Assembly (NCBI RefSeq): GCF_054482595.1
Contig: NZ_CM137008.1
Direction: 5' to 3' (one strand)
Length of the DNA stretch: 64,000 bases
Shown: in pieces, positions 36,993 to 50,415 of the stretch
Numbering within the stretch: the stretch's first letter is position 1
Layout: the number at the start of each line of letters is the position of its first letter
Notes under the pieces: model-generated
What the model was told of the DNA's origin: nothing
Databases searched by the model: none
The model's input: only the letters and a program-made list of their open reading frames with translations
Program-made: the position numbers and the translations under genes

Positions 36993-38261
36993 ATGATTAT
37001 CAAACGCACTCCTCAAGCCGCGTCGCCTCTGGCTTCGTGGCTTTCTTATCTGGAAAACCTGCACAGTAAAACTATCGATCTCGGCCTTGAGCGCGTGAGC
37101 CAGGTCGCGGCGCGTCTTGACGTTCTGAAACCAGCGCCATTTGTGTTTACCGTTGCGGGTACGAATGGCAAAGGCACCACCTGCCGTACGCTGGAGTCGA
37201 TTCTGATGGCGGCAGGGTACAAAGTGGGCGTCTACAGTTCGCCTCATCTGGTGCGTTATACCGAGCGCGTACGTGTGCAGGGCCAGGAATTGCCGGAATC
37301 GGCCCACACCGCCTCTTTTGCGGAGATTGAATCGGCACGCGGTGATATTTCCCTGACCTATTTCGAGTACGGTACGCTGTCGGCGTTGTGGCTGTTCAAG
37401 CAGGCACAACTTGACGTGGTGATTCTGGAAGTAGGGCTGGGCGGTCGTCTGGACGCAACCAATATTGTCGATGCCGATGTCGCGGTAGTAACCAGTATTG
37501 CGCTGGATCATACCGACTGGCTGGGTCCAGATCGCGAAAGTATTGGTCGCGAGAAAGCAGGCATCTTCCGCAGCGAAAAACCGGCAATTGTCGGTGAGCC
37601 TGAAATGCCTTCTACCATTGCTGATGTGGCGCAGGAAAAAGGTGCACTGTTACAACGTCGGGGCGTTGAGTGGAACTATTCCGTCACCGATCATGACTGG
37701 GCGTTTAGCGATGCTCACGGCACGCTGGAAAACCTGCCGTTGCCGCTTGTCCCGCAACCGAATGCCGCAACGGCGCTGGCGGCACTGCGTGCCAGCGGGC
37801 TGGAGGTCAGTGAAAATGCCATTCGCGACGGGATTGCCAGCGCAATTTTGCCGGGACGTTTCCAGATTGTGAGCGAGTCGCCACGCGTTATTTTTGATGT
37901 CGCGCATAATCCACATGCGGCGGAATATCTCACCGGGCGTATGAAAGCGCTACCGAAAAACGGGCGCGTGCTGGCGGTTATCGGTATGCTACATGATAAA
38001 GATATTGCCGGAACTCTGGCCTGGTTGAAAAGCGTGGTTGATGACTGGTATTGTGCGCCACTGGAAGGGCCGCGCGGTGCCACGGCAGAACAACTGCTTG
38101 AGCATTTGGGTAACGGCAAATCATTTGATAGCGTTGCGCAGGCATGGGATGCCGCAATGGCGGACGCTAAAGCGGAAGACACCGTGCTGGTGTGTGGTTC
38201 TTTCCACACGGTCGCACATGTCATGGAAGTGATTGACGCGAGGAGAAGCGGTGGCAAGTAA
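36993..38261 (+). CDS. folC: Dihydrofolate synthase / folylpolyglutamate synthase
   Basis: 422-aa ORF with Mur-ligase P-loop VAGTNGKGTT. Confidence 0.93.
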   Translation: MIIKRTPQAASPLASWLSYLENLHSKTIDLGLERVSQVAARLDVLKPAPFVFTVAGTNGKGTTCRTLESILMAAGYKVGVYSSPHLVRYTERVRVQGQELPESAHTASFAEIESARGDISLTYFEYGTLSALWLFKQAQLDVVILEVGLGGRLDATNIVDADVAVVTSIALDHTDWLGPDRESIGREKAGIFRSEKPAIVGEPEMPSTIADVAQEKGALLQRRGVEWNYSVTDHDWAFSDAHGTLENLPLPLVPQPNAATALAALRASGLEVSENAIRDGIASAILPGRFQIVSESPRVIFDVAHNPHAAEYLTGRMKALPKNGRVLAVIGMLHDKDIAGTLAWLKSVVDDWYCAPLEGPRGATAEQLLEHLGNGKSFDSVAQAWDAAMADAKAEDTVLVCGSFHTVAHVMEVIDARRSGGK

Positions 38262-38913
38262 GTTTCAGAATCGGTTAGTGGGCACGATCGTGCTGGTGGC
38301 GCTGGGGGTGATTGTACTTCCAGGGCTGCTGGACGGGCAGAAAAAACATTATCAGGATGAGTTCGCGGCTATCCCGCTGGTGCCGAAAGCGGGCGATCGT
38401 GATGAGCCTGATATGATGCCAGCCGCCACCCAGGCGTTGCCGACGCAGCCGCCGGAAGGCGCAGCGGAAGAGGTGCGGGCAGGTGATGCCGCAGCACCGT
38501 CGCTCGATCCGGCCACTATTGCAGCCAATAACACCGAGTTTGAACCGGAACCTGCACCGGTCGCCCCACCGAAGCCGAAACCGGTGGAGCCGCCTAAACC
38601 AAAGGTTGAAGCACCACCTGCGCCGAAGCCAGAACCGAAGCCGGTCGTGGAAGAAAAAGCTGCACCGACGGGTAAAGCCTATGTTGTGCAACTGGGTGCG
38701 CTGAAAAATGCCGATAAAGTGAATGAAATTGTCGGTAAGCTGCGCGGTGCCGGTTATCGGGTTTATACGTCGCCATCCACGCCAGTGCAGGGTAAAATTA
38801 CCCGTATTCTGGTTGGGCCGGATGCCTCGAAAGATAAGCTGAAAGGTTCGCTGGGTGAGTTGAAGCAACTTTCTGGCTTAAGTGGCGTGGTAATGGGCTA
38901 TACGCCGAATTAA
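38251..38913 (+). CDS. dedD: Cell division protein DedD (SPOR domain)
   Basis: GTG start preceded by AGGAG; 220 aa, N-terminal membrane helix, Pro/Ala/Lys/Glu-rich linker, C-terminal SPOR-like region; overlaps the folC end by 11 nt. Confidence 0.85.
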   Translation: MASKFQNRLVGTIVLVALGVIVLPGLLDGQKKHYQDEFAAIPLVPKAGDRDEPDMMPAATQALPTQPPEGAAEEVRAGDAAAPSLDPATIAANNTEFEPEPAPVAPPKPKPVEPPKPKVEAPPAPKPEPKPVVEEKAAPTGKAYVVQLGALKNADKVNEIVGKLRGAGYRVYTSPSTPVQGKITRILVGPDASKDKLKGSLGELKQLSGLSGVVMGYTPN

Positions 38914-38918
38914 TACGG

Positions 38919-39295
<377 letters not shown>

Positions 39296-39372
39296 CGCAA
39301 AGGCATAAAAAGTCGATGGCGTTGAATATTTTTTCAGCGCCATTTTTATTGATGCGCGGGAAGGAAATCCCT

Positions 39373-39388
39373 ACGCAAACGTTTTCTT
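39373..39388 (+). promoter_or_regulatory. PurR box upstream of the cvpA-purF operon
   Basis: ACGCAAACGTTTTCTT matches the PurR operator consensus (ACGCAAACGTTTTCNT). Confidence 0.65.
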
Positions 39389-39444
39389 TTTCTGTTAGAA
39401 TGCGCCCCGAACAGGATGACAGGGCGTAAAATCGTGGGACACAT

Positions 39445-39933
39445 ATGGTCTGGATTGATTACGCCATAATCGCGGTGATTGCTTTTTCCTCTCTGGTTAG
39501 CCTGATCCGCGGCTTTGTTCGTGAAGCGTTATCGCTGGTGACATGGGGTTGTGCTTTCTTTGTTGCCAGTCATTACTACACTTACCTGTCAGTCTGGTTT
39601 ACGGGCTTTGAAGACGAACTGGTTCGAAATGGGATTGCCATCGCGGTACTGTTTATCGCTACCCTGATCGTTGGTGCTATCGTGAACTTCGTGATAGGCC
39701 AGCTGGTGGAGAAAACGGGGTTGTCAGGCACCGATCGGGTGCTGGGCGTCTGTTTCGGTGCGTTGCGCGGTGTGTTGATTGTTGCTGCCATTCTCTTCTT
39801 TCTCGACTCCTTTACCGGGGTGTCGAAAAGCGAAGACTGGAGCAAATCACAGCTGATCCCGCAGTTCAGTTTTATCATCAGATGGTTTTTTGATTATCTG
39901 CAAAGCTCGTCAAGTTTCTTGCCCAGAGCGTAA
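39445..39933 (+). CDS. cvpA: Colicin V production membrane protein
   Basis: 162-aa membrane ORF immediately upstream of purF. Confidence 0.88.
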   Translation: MVWIDYAIIAVIAFSSLVSLIRGFVREALSLVTWGCAFFVASHYYTYLSVWFTGFEDELVRNGIAIAVLFIATLIVGAIVNFVIGQLVEKTGLSGTDRVLGVCFGALRGVLIVAAILFFLDSFTGVSKSEDWSKSQLIPQFSFIIRWFFDYLQSSSSFLPRA

Positions 39934-39969
39934 GTGCTCTGAGATGTGGCTTAACGAGGAAAAAGACGT

Positions 39970-41487
39970 ATGTGCGGTATTGTCGGTATCGCCGGTGTTA
40001 TGCCGGTTAACCAGTCGATTTATGATGCCTTAACGGTGCTTCAGCATCGCGGTCAGGATGCCGCCGGCATCATCACCATAGATGCCAATAACTGCTTCCG
40101 TTTGCGTAAAGCGAACGGGCTGGTGAGCGATGTATTTGAAGCTCGCCATATGCAGCGTTTGCAGGGCAATATGGGCATTGGTCATGTGCGTTACCCTACG
40201 GCTGGCAGCTCCAGCGCCTCTGAAGCGCAGCCGTTTTACGTTAACTCCCCGTATGGCATTACGCTTGCCCACAACGGCAATCTGACCAACGCTCACGAGT
40301 TGCGTAAAAAACTGTTTGAAGAAAAACGCCGCCACATCAACACCACTTCCGACTCGGAAATTCTGCTTAATATCTTCGCCAGCGAGCTGGACAACTTCCG
40401 CCACTACCCGCTGGAAGCCGACAATATTTTCGCTGCCATTGCTGCCACAAACCGCTTAATCCGCGGCGCATATGCCTGTGTGGCGATGATTATCGGCCAC
40501 GGTATGGTTGCTTTCCGCGATCCAAACGGGATTCGTCCGCTGGTACTGGGAAAACGTGATATTGACGAGAACCGTACAGAATATATGGTCGCTTCCGAAA
40601 GCGTAGCGCTCGATACGCTGGGCTTTGATTTCCTGCGTGACGTCGCGCCGGGCGAAGCGATTTACATCACTGAAGAAGGGCAGTTGTTTACCCGTCAGTG
40701 TGCTGACAATCCGGTCAGCAATCCGTGCCTGTTTGAGTATGTATACTTTGCCCGTCCGGACTCGTTCATCGACAAAATTTCCGTTTACAGCGCGCGTGTG
40801 AATATGGGCACGAAACTGGGCGAGAAAATTGCCCGCGAGTGGGAAGATCTGGATATCGACGTGGTGATCCCGATCCCGGAAACCTCGTGTGATATCGCGC
40901 TGGAAATTGCGCGTATTCTGGGCAAACCGTACCGCCAGGGCTTCGTTAAAAACCGCTATGTTGGCCGCACCTTCATCATGCCGGGCCAGCAGCTGCGTCG
41001 TAAGTCCGTGCGCCGTAAACTGAATGCCAACCGCGCCGAGTTCCGCGATAAAAACGTCCTGCTGGTCGACGACTCCATCGTCCGTGGCACCACTTCTGAG
41101 CAGATTATCGAGATGGCACGCGAAGCTGGCGCGAAGAAAGTGTACCTCGCCTCGGCGGCACCGGAAATTCGCTTCCCGAACGTTTACGGGATTGATATGC
41201 CAAGCGCCACGGAGCTGATCGCTCACGGTCGTGAAGTGGATGAAATTCGCCAGATCATTGGTGCTGACGGTTTGATTTTCCAGGATCTGAACGATCTAAT
41301 CGAAGCCGTTCGCGCTGAGAACCCGGACATTCAGCAGTTTGAATGCTCGGTGTTCAACGGCGTATACGTCACCAAAGACGTTGATCAGGGCTACCTCGAT
41401 TTCCTCGATACTTTACGTAATGACGACGCCAAAGCGGTGCAGCGCCAGAACGAAGTGGAAAATCTCGAAATGCATAACGAAGGATGA
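39970..41487 (+). CDS. purF: Amidophosphoribosyltransferase
   Basis: 505-aa ORF beginning MCGIVGI (Ntn glutamine amidotransferase catalytic Cys after Met). Confidence 0.95.
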   Translation: MCGIVGIAGVMPVNQSIYDALTVLQHRGQDAAGIITIDANNCFRLRKANGLVSDVFEARHMQRLQGNMGIGHVRYPTAGSSSASEAQPFYVNSPYGITLAHNGNLTNAHELRKKLFEEKRRHINTTSDSEILLNIFASELDNFRHYPLEADNIFAAIAATNRLIRGAYACVAMIIGHGMVAFRDPNGIRPLVLGKRDIDENRTEYMVASESVALDTLGFDFLRDVAPGEAIYITEEGQLFTRQCADNPVSNPCLFEYVYFARPDSFIDKISVYSARVNMGTKLGEKIAREWEDLDIDVVIPIPETSCDIALEIARILGKPYRQGFVKNRYVGRTFIMPGQQLRRKSVRRKLNANRAEFRDKNVLLVDDSIVRGTTSEQIIEMAREAGAKKVYLASAAPEIRFPNVYGIDMPSATELIAHGREVDEIRQIIGADGLIFQDLNDLIEAVRAENPDIQQFECSVFNGVYVTKDVDQGYLDFLDTLRNDDAKAVQRQNEVENLEMHNEG

Positions 41488-41581
41488 TGCCTTCGCTCAG
41501 GGTGCCGGTCTGGCACCCTGACTTGCAACTCCCGCCGAAATCCTGCAAAGTCTGCCTGCAAGTCTGACAGGGCAACTATTT

Positions 41582-42151
41582 ATGAAACGACTTATTGTGG
41601 GCATCAGCGGTGCCAGCGGTGCGATTTATGGCGTGCGCTTATTACAGGTTCTGCGCGATGTCACAGATATCGAAACGCATCTGGTGATGAGCCAGGCGGC
41701 GCGCCAGACCTTATCCCTCGAAACGGATTTTTCCCTGCGCGAAGTGCAGGCGTTAGCCGATGTCACGCACGATGCGCGCGATATTGCCGCCAGCATCTCT
41801 TCCGGTTCTTTCCAGACGCTGGGGATGGTGATTTTACCCTGTTCAATCAAAACCCTTTCCGGCATTGTCCATAGCTATACTGATGGCTTACTGACCCGTG
41901 CGGCAGATGTGGTGCTGAAAGAGCGTCGCCCGTTGGTGCTCTGCGTGCGTGAAACACCATTGCACTTAGGTCATCTGCGTTTAATGACTCAGGCAGCAGA
42001 AATCGGTGCGGTGATTATGCCTCCCGTTCCGGCGTTTTATCATCGCCCGCAATCCCTTGATGATGTGATAAATCAGACGGTTAATCGTGTTCTTGACCAG
42101 TTTGCGATAACCCTTCCTGAAGATCTCTTTGCCCGCTGGCAGGGCGCATAA
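41582..42151 (+). CDS. ubiX: Flavin prenyltransferase UbiX
   Basis: 189-aa ORF MKRLIVGISGASGAIYGVRLL... Confidence 0.92.
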   Translation: MKRLIVGISGASGAIYGVRLLQVLRDVTDIETHLVMSQAARQTLSLETDFSLREVQALADVTHDARDIAASISSGSFQTLGMVILPCSIKTLSGIVHSYTDGLLTRAADVVLKERRPLVLCVRETPLHLGHLRLMTQAAEIGAVIMPPVPAFYHRPQSLDDVINQTVNRVLDQFAITLPEDLFARWQGA

Positions 42152-42159
42152 CTCCGCTG

Positions 42160-42183
42160 TTGCCCTGTTTCAGGGCAATTTTG
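42160..42183 (+). terminator. Rho-independent terminator after ubiX
   Basis: TTGCCCTG-ttt-CAGGGCAA-TTTTG. Confidence 0.6.
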
Positions 42184-42332
42184 CAACCGCGATCAAATCC
42201 TCGACATTTTGTTTCTGCCATTCAATCGAAACGCTGCGATTCAACCGCTATACCTGCTATCTTCAACTTTAGGACAATAATGCAACGTCTTATTAACATA
42301 TTTAACGTTGAATGTTACTGTTGTCGTCAAGA

Positions 42333-42348
42333 TGGCATAAGACCTGCA
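42333..42348 (+). promoter_or_regulatory. Sigma-54 (-24/-12) promoter for argT
   Basis: TGGCAT-aagac-CTGCA matches the TGGCAC-N5-TTGCW pattern about 70 bp upstream of the argT ATG. Confidence 0.6.
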
Positions 42349-42415
42349 TGAAAGAGCCTGCAAACACACAACACAATACACAACATAAAAAGCCATTTTC
42401 ACTTGAGGGTTATGT

Positions 42416-43198
42416 ATGAAGAAGTCGATTCTCGCTCTGTCTTTGTTAGTCGGTCTCTCCGCAGCGGCTTCCAGCTATGCGGCGCTACCGGAGACGGTAC
42501 GTATCGGAACTGATACCACCTATGCGCCGTTCTCGTCGAAAGATGCTAAAGGTGATTTTGTTGGCTTTGATATCGATCTCGGTAACGAGATGTGCAAACG
42601 GATGCAGGTGAAATGTACCTGGGTTGCCAGTGACTTTGACGCGCTGATCCCCTCACTGAAAGCGAAAAAAATCGACGCCATTATTTCGTCGCTCTCCATT
42701 ACCGATAAACGTCAGCAGGAGATTGCTTTCTCCGACAAGTTGTACGCCGCAGATTCTCGTTTGATTGCCGCCAAAGGTTCGCCGATTCAGCCAACGCTGG
42801 ATTCACTGAAAGGTAAACATGTTGGTGTGCTGCAGGGATCAACCCAGGAAGCTTACGCTAACGAGACCTGGCGTAGCAAAGGTGTGGATGTGGTGGCCTA
42901 TGCCAACCAGGATTTGGTCTATTCCGATCTGGCTGCAGGACGTCTGGATGCTGCACTGCAGGATGAAGTTGCTGCCAGCGAAGGATTCCTCAAGCAACCT
43001 GCTGGTAAAGACTTCGCCTTTGCTGGCTCATCAGTAAAAGACAAAAAATACTTCGGTGATGGCACCGGTGTAGGGCTACGTAAAGATGATGCTGAACTGA
43101 CGGCTGCTTTCAATAAGGCGCTTGGCGAGCTGCGTCAGGACGGCACCTACGACAAGATGGCGAAAAAGTATTTCGACTTTAATGTCTACGGTGACTGA
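42416..43198 (+). CDS. argT: Lysine/arginine/ornithine-binding periplasmic protein
   Basis: 260-aa secreted ORF, paralogous to hisJ downstream. Confidence 0.92.
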   Translation: MKKSILALSLLVGLSAAASSYAALPETVRIGTDTTYAPFSSKDAKGDFVGFDIDLGNEMCKRMQVKCTWVASDFDALIPSLKAKKIDAIISSLSITDKRQQEIAFSDKLYAADSRLIAAKGSPIQPTLDSLKGKHVGVLQGSTQEAYANETWRSKGVDVVAYANQDLVYSDLAAGRLDAALQDEVAASEGFLKQPAGKDFAFAGSSVKDKKYFGDGTGVGLRKDDAELTAAFNKALGELRQDGTYDKMAKKYFDFNVYGD

Positions 43199-43256
43199 TA
43201 CGTCGCTGGGAAGCTGTACCTGATGGAATGATCATCATGGTGCACGCCAGGTTTGT

Positions 43257-43273
43257 TGCACTATCGTGGTGCA
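43257..43273 (+). promoter_or_regulatory. NtrC-like binding site upstream of hisJ
   Basis: TGCACTATCGTGGTGCA fits the NtrC consensus TGCACCA-N3-TGGTGCA with one mismatch. Confidence 0.5.
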
Positions 43274-43418
43274 TTGAAATGCATACTTAAGCATTTTTAA
43301 TGAAAAATAATACGTCTAACGGGGCGGGATATTTTGCCTTGATGGTCAATTTTATGGCACGATAAGTGTAACAAACCTGTAAATATTCCCTATAAAAAGA
43401 CTGTCAGTTGAGGACATT

Positions 43419-44201
43419 ATGAAAAAACTGGTGCTATCGCTCTCTCTGGTTCTGGCCTTCTCCAGCGCAACTGCGGCATTTGCTGCGATTCCGCAAAACA
43501 TCCGCATCGGTACCGACCCGACCTATGCGCCATTTGAATCAAAAAATTCACAAGGCGAACTGGTTGGCTTCGATATCGATCTGGCAAAGGAATTATGCAA
43601 ACGCATCAATACGCAATGTACGTTTGTCGAAAATCCGCTGGATGCGTTAATCCCGTCCTTAAAAGCGAAGAAGATTGACGCCATCATGTCATCGCTTTCC
43701 ATTACGGAAAAACGTCAGCAAGAAATAGCCTTCACCGACAAACTGTACGCTGCCGATTCTCGTTTGGTGGTGGCGAAAAATTCTGACATTCAGCCGACAG
43801 TCGAGTCGCTGAAAGGCAAACGGGTAGGCGTATTGCAGGGCACCACTCAGGAGACGTTCGGTAACGAACACTGGGCACCAAAAGGCATTGAAATCGTCTC
43901 GTATCAGGGGCAGGACAACATTTATTCTGACCTGACTGCCGGACGTATTGATGCCGCGTTCCAGGATGAGGTCGCTGCCAGTGAAGGTTTCCTCAAACAA
44001 CCCGTCGGTAAAGATTACAAATTCGGTGGCCCGTCTGTTAAAGATGAAAAACTGTTTGGCGTAGGGACCGGCATGGGCCTGCGTAAAGAAGATAACGAAC
44101 TGCGCGAGGCACTGAACAAAGCCTTTGCCGAAATGCGCGCTGACGGTACTTACGAGAAATTAGCGAAAAAGTACTTCGATTTTGATGTTTATGGCGGTTA
44201 A
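43419..44201 (+). CDS. hisJ: Histidine-binding periplasmic protein
   Basis: 260-aa secreted ORF, highly similar to argT. Confidence 0.93.
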   Translation: MKKLVLSLSLVLAFSSATAAFAAIPQNIRIGTDPTYAPFESKNSQGELVGFDIDLAKELCKRINTQCTFVENPLDALIPSLKAKKIDAIMSSLSITEKRQQEIAFTDKLYAADSRLVVAKNSDIQPTVESLKGKRVGVLQGTTQETFGNEHWAPKGIEIVSYQGQDNIYSDLTAGRIDAAFQDEVAASEGFLKQPVGKDYKFGGPSVKDEKLFGVGTGMGLRKEDNELREALNKAFAEMRADGTYEKLAKKYFDFDVYGG

Positions 44202-44290
44202 TCGCCATCGGTGAAAGAAAGCCCGCTCCCTTCGGGTAACCGGAGGGAGACAAGAGGCGGTAATTCACCACACACGACAGGACAGGCAGC

Positions 44291-44977
44291 ATGTTGTATG
44301 GGTTTTCAGGTGTTATTTTACAGGGTGCGCTCGTCACGCTGGAGCTGGCTATCAGCTCTGTAGTGCTCGCTGTAATCATCGGTTTAATTGGCGCTGGCGG
44401 TAAGCTCTCGCAAAATCGGCTTTCGGGGCTGATTTTCGAAGGGTACACCACGCTGATTCGTGGCGTGCCGGACTTAGTGTTGATGCTGCTGATTTTCTAC
44501 GGTTTGCAGATTGCGCTAAACACGGTGACGGAGGCGATGGGCGTCGGGCAGATTGATATCGATCCGATGGTCGCTGGTATTATCACTCTCGGTTTTATCT
44601 ACGGTGCTTATTTTACCGAAACGTTCCGTGGTGCTTTTATGGCAGTGCCGAAAGGACATATAGAGGCGGCGACGGCGTTCGGTTTTACTCGTGGGCAAGT
44701 GTTTCGGCGGATCATGTTTCCGGCGATGATGCGTTACGCCCTGCCAGGCATTGGCAACAACTGGCAGGTGATCCTCAAATCTACCGCACTGGTTTCGTTA
44801 CTCGGCCTGGAAGATGTGGTCAAAGCCACCCAACTGGCAGGCAAAAGTACCTGGGAACCGTTCTATTTCGCCATCGTCTGTGGCGTGATTTACCTGGTTT
44901 TCACCACTGTTTCCAATGGTGTGCTGCTGTTCCTTGAGCGCCGCTACTCCGTGGGTGTGAAGAGGGCTGACCTGTGA
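44291..44977 (+). CDS. hisQ: Histidine ABC transporter permease
   Basis: 228-aa membrane ORF; stop overlaps the hisM start. Confidence 0.92.
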   Translation: MLYGFSGVILQGALVTLELAISSVVLAVIIGLIGAGGKLSQNRLSGLIFEGYTTLIRGVPDLVLMLLIFYGLQIALNTVTEAMGVGQIDIDPMVAGIITLGFIYGAYFTETFRGAFMAVPKGHIEAATAFGFTRGQVFRRIMFPAMMRYALPGIGNNWQVILKSTALVSLLGLEDVVKATQLAGKSTWEPFYFAIVCGVIYLVFTTVSNGVLLFLERRYSVGVKRADL

Positions 44978-45690
44978 TCGAAATCTTACATGAATACTGG
45001 AAACCGCTGCTGTGGACCGACGGTTATCGCTTTACTGGTGTGGCGATCACTCTGTGGCTGCTTATTTTGTCGGTAGTGATAGGCGGAGTCCTGGCGCTGT
45101 TTCTGGCGATTGGTCGTGTCTCCAGTAATAAATACATCCAGTTTCCAATCTGGTTATTTACCTATATTTTTCGCGGTACGCCGCTGTATGTTCAGTTGCT
45201 GGTGTTCTATTCCGGCATGTACACGCTTGAGATTGTTAAGGGAACCGAATTCCTTAACGCTTTCTTCCGCAGTGGCCTGAACTGTACCGTGCTGGCGCTG
45301 ACGCTTAACACCTGCGCTTACACTACCGAGATTTTTGCTGGGGCAATCCGTTCAGTGCCGCATGGGGAAATTGAAGCCGCCAGAGCCTATGGCTTCTCGA
45401 CCTTTAAAATGTATCGCTGCATTATTTTGCCTTCTGCCCTGCGTATTGCTCTACCGGCATACAGCAACGAAGTGATCCTGATGCTGCACTCTACTGCGTT
45501 GGCGTTTACTGCCACGGTGCCGGATCTGTTGAAAATAGCCCGCGATATTAACGCCGCCACGTATCAACCTTTTACCGCCTTCGGCATTGCCGCGGTGCTC
45601 TATTTAATCATCTCTTATGTCCTGATCAGCCTCTTTCGCAGAGCGGAAAAACGCTGGTTGCAGCATGTGAAACCTTCTTCAACGCACTGA
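44974..45690 (+). CDS. hisM: Histidine ABC transporter permease
   Basis: 238-aa membrane ORF. Confidence 0.92.
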   Translation: MIEILHEYWKPLLWTDGYRFTGVAITLWLLILSVVIGGVLALFLAIGRVSSNKYIQFPIWLFTYIFRGTPLYVQLLVFYSGMYTLEIVKGTEFLNAFFRSGLNCTVLALTLNTCAYTTEIFAGAIRSVPHGEIEAARAYGFSTFKMYRCIILPSALRIALPAYSNEVILMLHSTALAFTATVPDLLKIARDINAATYQPFTAFGIAAVLYLIISYVLISLFRRAEKRWLQHVKPSSTH

Positions 45691-45697
45691 GAATACG

Positions 45698-46471
45698 ATG
45701 TCCGAAAATAAATTAAACGTTATCGATTTGCACAAACGCTACGGCGAACACGAAGTGCTGAAAGGGGTCTCACTACAAGCGAATGCCGGAGATGTAATAA
45801 GCATCATCGGATCGTCGGGATCGGGGAAAAGTACCTTTCTGCGCTGCATTAACTTCCTCGAAAAACCGAGTGAAGGATCGATCGTGGTCAATGGCCAGAC
45901 GATCAATCTGGTGCGCGACAAAGACGGTCAACTCAAAGTCGCCGATAAAAATCAGCTGCGCTTACTGCGCACACGCCTGACGATGGTATTCCAGCACTTC
46001 AATCTCTGGAGCCATATGACGGTGCTGGAAAACGTCATGGAAGCGCCGATTCAGGTGTTGGGCCTGAGCAAGCAGGAAGCGCGCGAGCGGGCGGTGAAGT
46101 ATCTGGCAAAAGTCGGGATAGACGAACGTGCACAGGGGAAATATCCGGTGCATCTTTCCGGCGGTCAGCAACAGCGTGTTTCTATCGCGCGGGCGCTGGC
46201 GATGGAACCGGAAGTTTTACTGTTTGATGAACCTACCTCGGCGCTCGATCCTGAACTGGTAGGCGAAGTGTTGCGTATTATGCAGCAACTGGCAGAAGAG
46301 GGGAAAACCATGGTGGTAGTGACTCACGAAATGGGCTTTGCTCGCCATGTTTCTACTCACGTCATTTTCCTCCATCAGGGGAAAATAGAAGAAGAAGGCG
46401 CGCCGGAGCAGTTATTTGGCAACCCGCAAAGCCCTCGTCTGCAACAGTTCCTTAAGGGATCGCTGAAATAA
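45698..46471 (+). CDS. hisP: Histidine ABC transporter ATP-binding protein
   Basis: 257-aa ORF; Walker [10 protein letters not shown] and ABC signature LSGGQQQR. Confidence 0.95.
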   Translation: MSENKLNVIDLHKRYGEHEVLKGVSLQANAGDVISIIGSSGSGKSTFLRCINFLEKPSEGSIVVNGQTINLVRDKDGQLKVADKNQLRLLRTRLTMVFQHFNLWSHMTVLENVMEAPIQVLGLSKQEARERAVKYLAKVGIDERAQGKYPVHLSGGQQQRVSIARALAMEPEVLLFDEPTSALDPELVGEVLRIMQQLAEEGKTMVVVTHEMGFARHVSTHVIFLHQGKIEEEGAPEQLFGNPQSPRLQQFLKGSLK

Positions 46472-46475
46472 TTTC

Positions 46476-46508
46476 CTCTCCGGTGGCTAACGCTGCCGGA
46501 GTATTTTC
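46476..46508 (+). terminator. Hairpin plus T-tract after hisP
   Basis: CTCCGG-tggctaacgctg-CCGGAG-TATTTT. Confidence 0.45.
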
Positions 46509-46667
46509 ATGGGGAATTTGCGAGTCAGCTTCCGCTGAAATGTAAAAGTTGCAGTCCGCTAAAAATACTTCTGAATTCGCTGTCCAAAGATAAAAACTGC
46601 CTGCTGCATTGGGTGTTAATCGTGGTTATTGTCGCGTCATCTTAAATTTGAGGGGTGACGGAACGCC

Positions 46668-47558
46668 ATGACAATATCGACAACTTCCACGCCGCATGAT
46701 GCGGTATTTAAATCTTTTTTACGCCATCCAGACACCGCGCGGGATTTTATTGATATTCATCTTCCCGCGCCGCTGCGCAAACTGTGTGATTTAACGACGC
46801 TTAAACTAGAACCAAACAGTTTTATTGATGAAGACCTGCGGCAATATTATTCCGACCTCTTGTGGTCTGTGAAAACGCAGGAGGGAGTGGGTTATATTTA
46901 TGTAGTGATAGAGCACCAAAGTAAGCCGGAAGAATTAATGGCTTTTCGCATGATGCGTTATTCCATTGCGGCAATGCAAAACCATCTTGATGCGGGCTAT
47001 AAAGAGCTTCCATTGGTGATCCCGATGCTGTTTTATCATGGTTGCAGAAGTCCTTATCCTTATTCACTCTGTTGGCTTGATGAATTTGCCGAGCCTGCGA
47101 TTGCCCGTAAAATATATTCATCGGCTTTTCCGTTGGTGGATATTACCGTGGTGCCGGATGACGAGATTATGCAACATCGCAAAATGGCGCTGTTGGAGTT
47201 AATTCAGAAACATATTCGTCAGCGCGATCTGTTGGGATTAGTCGACCAAATTGTTTCGCTGCTAGTTACAGGGAACACTAATGACAGACAGCTAAAAGCC
47301 CTGTTTAATTATGTATTACAAACGGGAGATGCCCAGCGTTTCCGTGCATTTATTGGTGAGATAACAGAACGCGCACCACAAGAAAAGGAGAAACTGATGA
47401 CCATTGCTGACAGATTACGTGAAGAAGGCGCAATGCAGGGCAAACACGAAGAAGCTCTGCGTATTGCTCAGGAGATGCTGGAAAAAGGATTTGACCACGA
47501 TGTCATCCTGACGCTGACCCGACTTTCACCAGACGATCTTATCGCGCAAAGCCACTAA
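46668..47558 (+). CDS. rpnB: Rpn-family recombination-promoting nuclease / putative transposase (PD-(D/E)XK)
   Basis: 296-aa [21 protein letters not shown]...YSDLLWSV...VVIEHQS...; AT-rich relative to neighbours. Confidence 0.8.
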   Translation: MTISTTSTPHDAVFKSFLRHPDTARDFIDIHLPAPLRKLCDLTTLKLEPNSFIDEDLRQYYSDLLWSVKTQEGVGYIYVVIEHQSKPEELMAFRMMRYSIAAMQNHLDAGYKELPLVIPMLFYHGCRSPYPYSLCWLDEFAEPAIARKIYSSAFPLVDITVVPDDEIMQHRKMALLELIQKHIRQRDLLGLVDQIVSLLVTGNTNDRQLKALFNYVLQTGDAQRFRAFIGEITERAPQEKEKLMTIADRLREEGAMQGKHEEALRIAQEMLEKGFDHDVILTLTRLSPDDLIAQSH

Positions 47559-47605
47559 CCCTGTAACACCGGGAGTTAACTGGCGGATGTTTGCAGTAAA
47601 CCACA

Positions 47606-48499
47606 TCAGCGAACGACATCCGCCAGCGCCTCTTCTAAATCGTACCAGCGAAACGCAAAACCCGCTTCTTCCAGCCGTTTAGGCAGCGCGCGTTGTCCAC
47701 CTAATACCAGTATTGAAGATTCGCCCATTAACAGCCGAATGGCGGTTGCGGGGACGCGCAAAATGGCCGGGCGATGCAGCGCTTGACCGAGCGCATGGGC
47801 AAATTGTTCATTGCGTACCGGGTAGGGCGAAACCATATTAAATGGCCCGCGCAGCTCGTTATCCAGCAGCCAGAGAATGCCGTTGACCATATCATCAATA
47901 TGAATCCAGGCCAGATACTGCCGACCAGAGCCAATCGGCCCGCCCAGGCCAAGACGAAACGGCGGCAGCATTTTACCGAGAATACCGCCATCCGGTGCCA
48001 GCACTACACCGGTACGCAGCAGGCACACTCGCGTTTTGTCACTTTGCGCCCGGCAGGCAATTTCTTCCCAGCGGGCGCAGAGTTTATGGGTAAATTCGTT
48101 ATGCGGCGGTTCCTCTTCGGTAACCACCACTTCACCTAAGTCGCCATAATAGCCCGTTGCCGAGCCGGAAATGAGTACCGACGGCGGCGTGTCGCTGGCA
48201 TTAATCAAATCGACCAGTTTTTGCGTGATATTCCAGCGGCTTTGGCAGAGACGCTCTTTTTGCTTGTGAGTCCAGCGTTTATCAGCAATCGGTTCTCCGG
48301 CCAGGTTGATTACCGCATCAACGCCGTTGAGGTTGCTTTGATCGGCAAGCCCTTGCCATAGTGTCACCCGAGGGCCGAGAACGGAACTGGCTTTCTGCGG
48401 GTTACGCGTCACTACCGTAATTTGATGGCCCAGCTCCAGCAAACGCGGAATCAAATGGCGACCAATTAATCCCGTCCCTCCGGTGATCACTATGTTCAT
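47606..48499 (-). CDS. yfcH: NAD-dependent epimerase/dehydratase-family protein YfcH
   Basis: 297-aa ORF with N-terminal Rossmann motif [12 protein letters not shown]. Confidence 0.88.
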   Translation of the reverse strand: MNIVITGGTGLIGRHLIPRLLELGHQITVVTRNPQKASSVLGPRVTLWQGLADQSNLNGVDAVINLAGEPIADKRWTHKQKERLCQSRWNITQKLVDLINASDTPPSVLISGSATGYYGDLGEVVVTEEEPPHNEFTHKLCARWEEIACRAQSDKTRVCLLRTGVVLAPDGGILGKMLPPFRLGLGGPIGSGRQYLAWIHIDDMVNGILWLLDNELRGPFNMVSPYPVRNEQFAHALGQALHRPAILRVPATAIRLLMGESSILVLGGQRALPKRLEEAGFAFRWYDLEEALADVVR

Positions 48500-48519
48500 G
48501 CAGCCTCCCGATATGGCGA

Positions 48520-48882
48520 TTAACGCTGCCAGCTTAAGGTCATGGATACCGAATCGGCGTAGCGCAGCGCGTGCAGTTTATCGATCTCCACTTCAGCATA
48601 CGTCACCCAGTGATGTTCACGTGCGATATCGAGCACATCCTGAGTTAATTTTTCCAGCAAAGAGAAACGGTTATTCTCTACATGCTGAATAATGTTTTTC
48701 GTTACGGTGCGATAATTCAGCGCATCGTTGATATCTTCGCTAGTGCGCGCTTTATCGGCGGGGTAGTGGATCGTCACATTGATAACAATATCCTGACGGT
48801 TGTTAATTTCTTCTTCCTTAATTCCGATAAACGTACGTAAACGAAGGTTCTTTATACGAATAATAGCGGCAGGTTGTGCCAT
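48520..48882 (-). CDS. folX: Dihydroneopterin triphosphate 2'-epimerase
   Basis: 120-aa [24 protein letters not shown]... Confidence 0.9.
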
Positions 48883-48938
48883 TGCAGGTTCTCCGTTGTT
48901 TTACTTAGGATGAAATAATACACGAGAACCTGTTTCTG

Positions 48939-50415
<1,477 letters not shown>

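Noticed and set aside
38275-38868. 197-aa minus-strand ORF
   Set aside because: Antisense to dedD; Arg/Phe/Leu-rich reverse frame of the Pro/Ala/Lys-rich linker.
40456-41226. 256-aa minus-strand ORF
   Set aside because: Antisense to purF.
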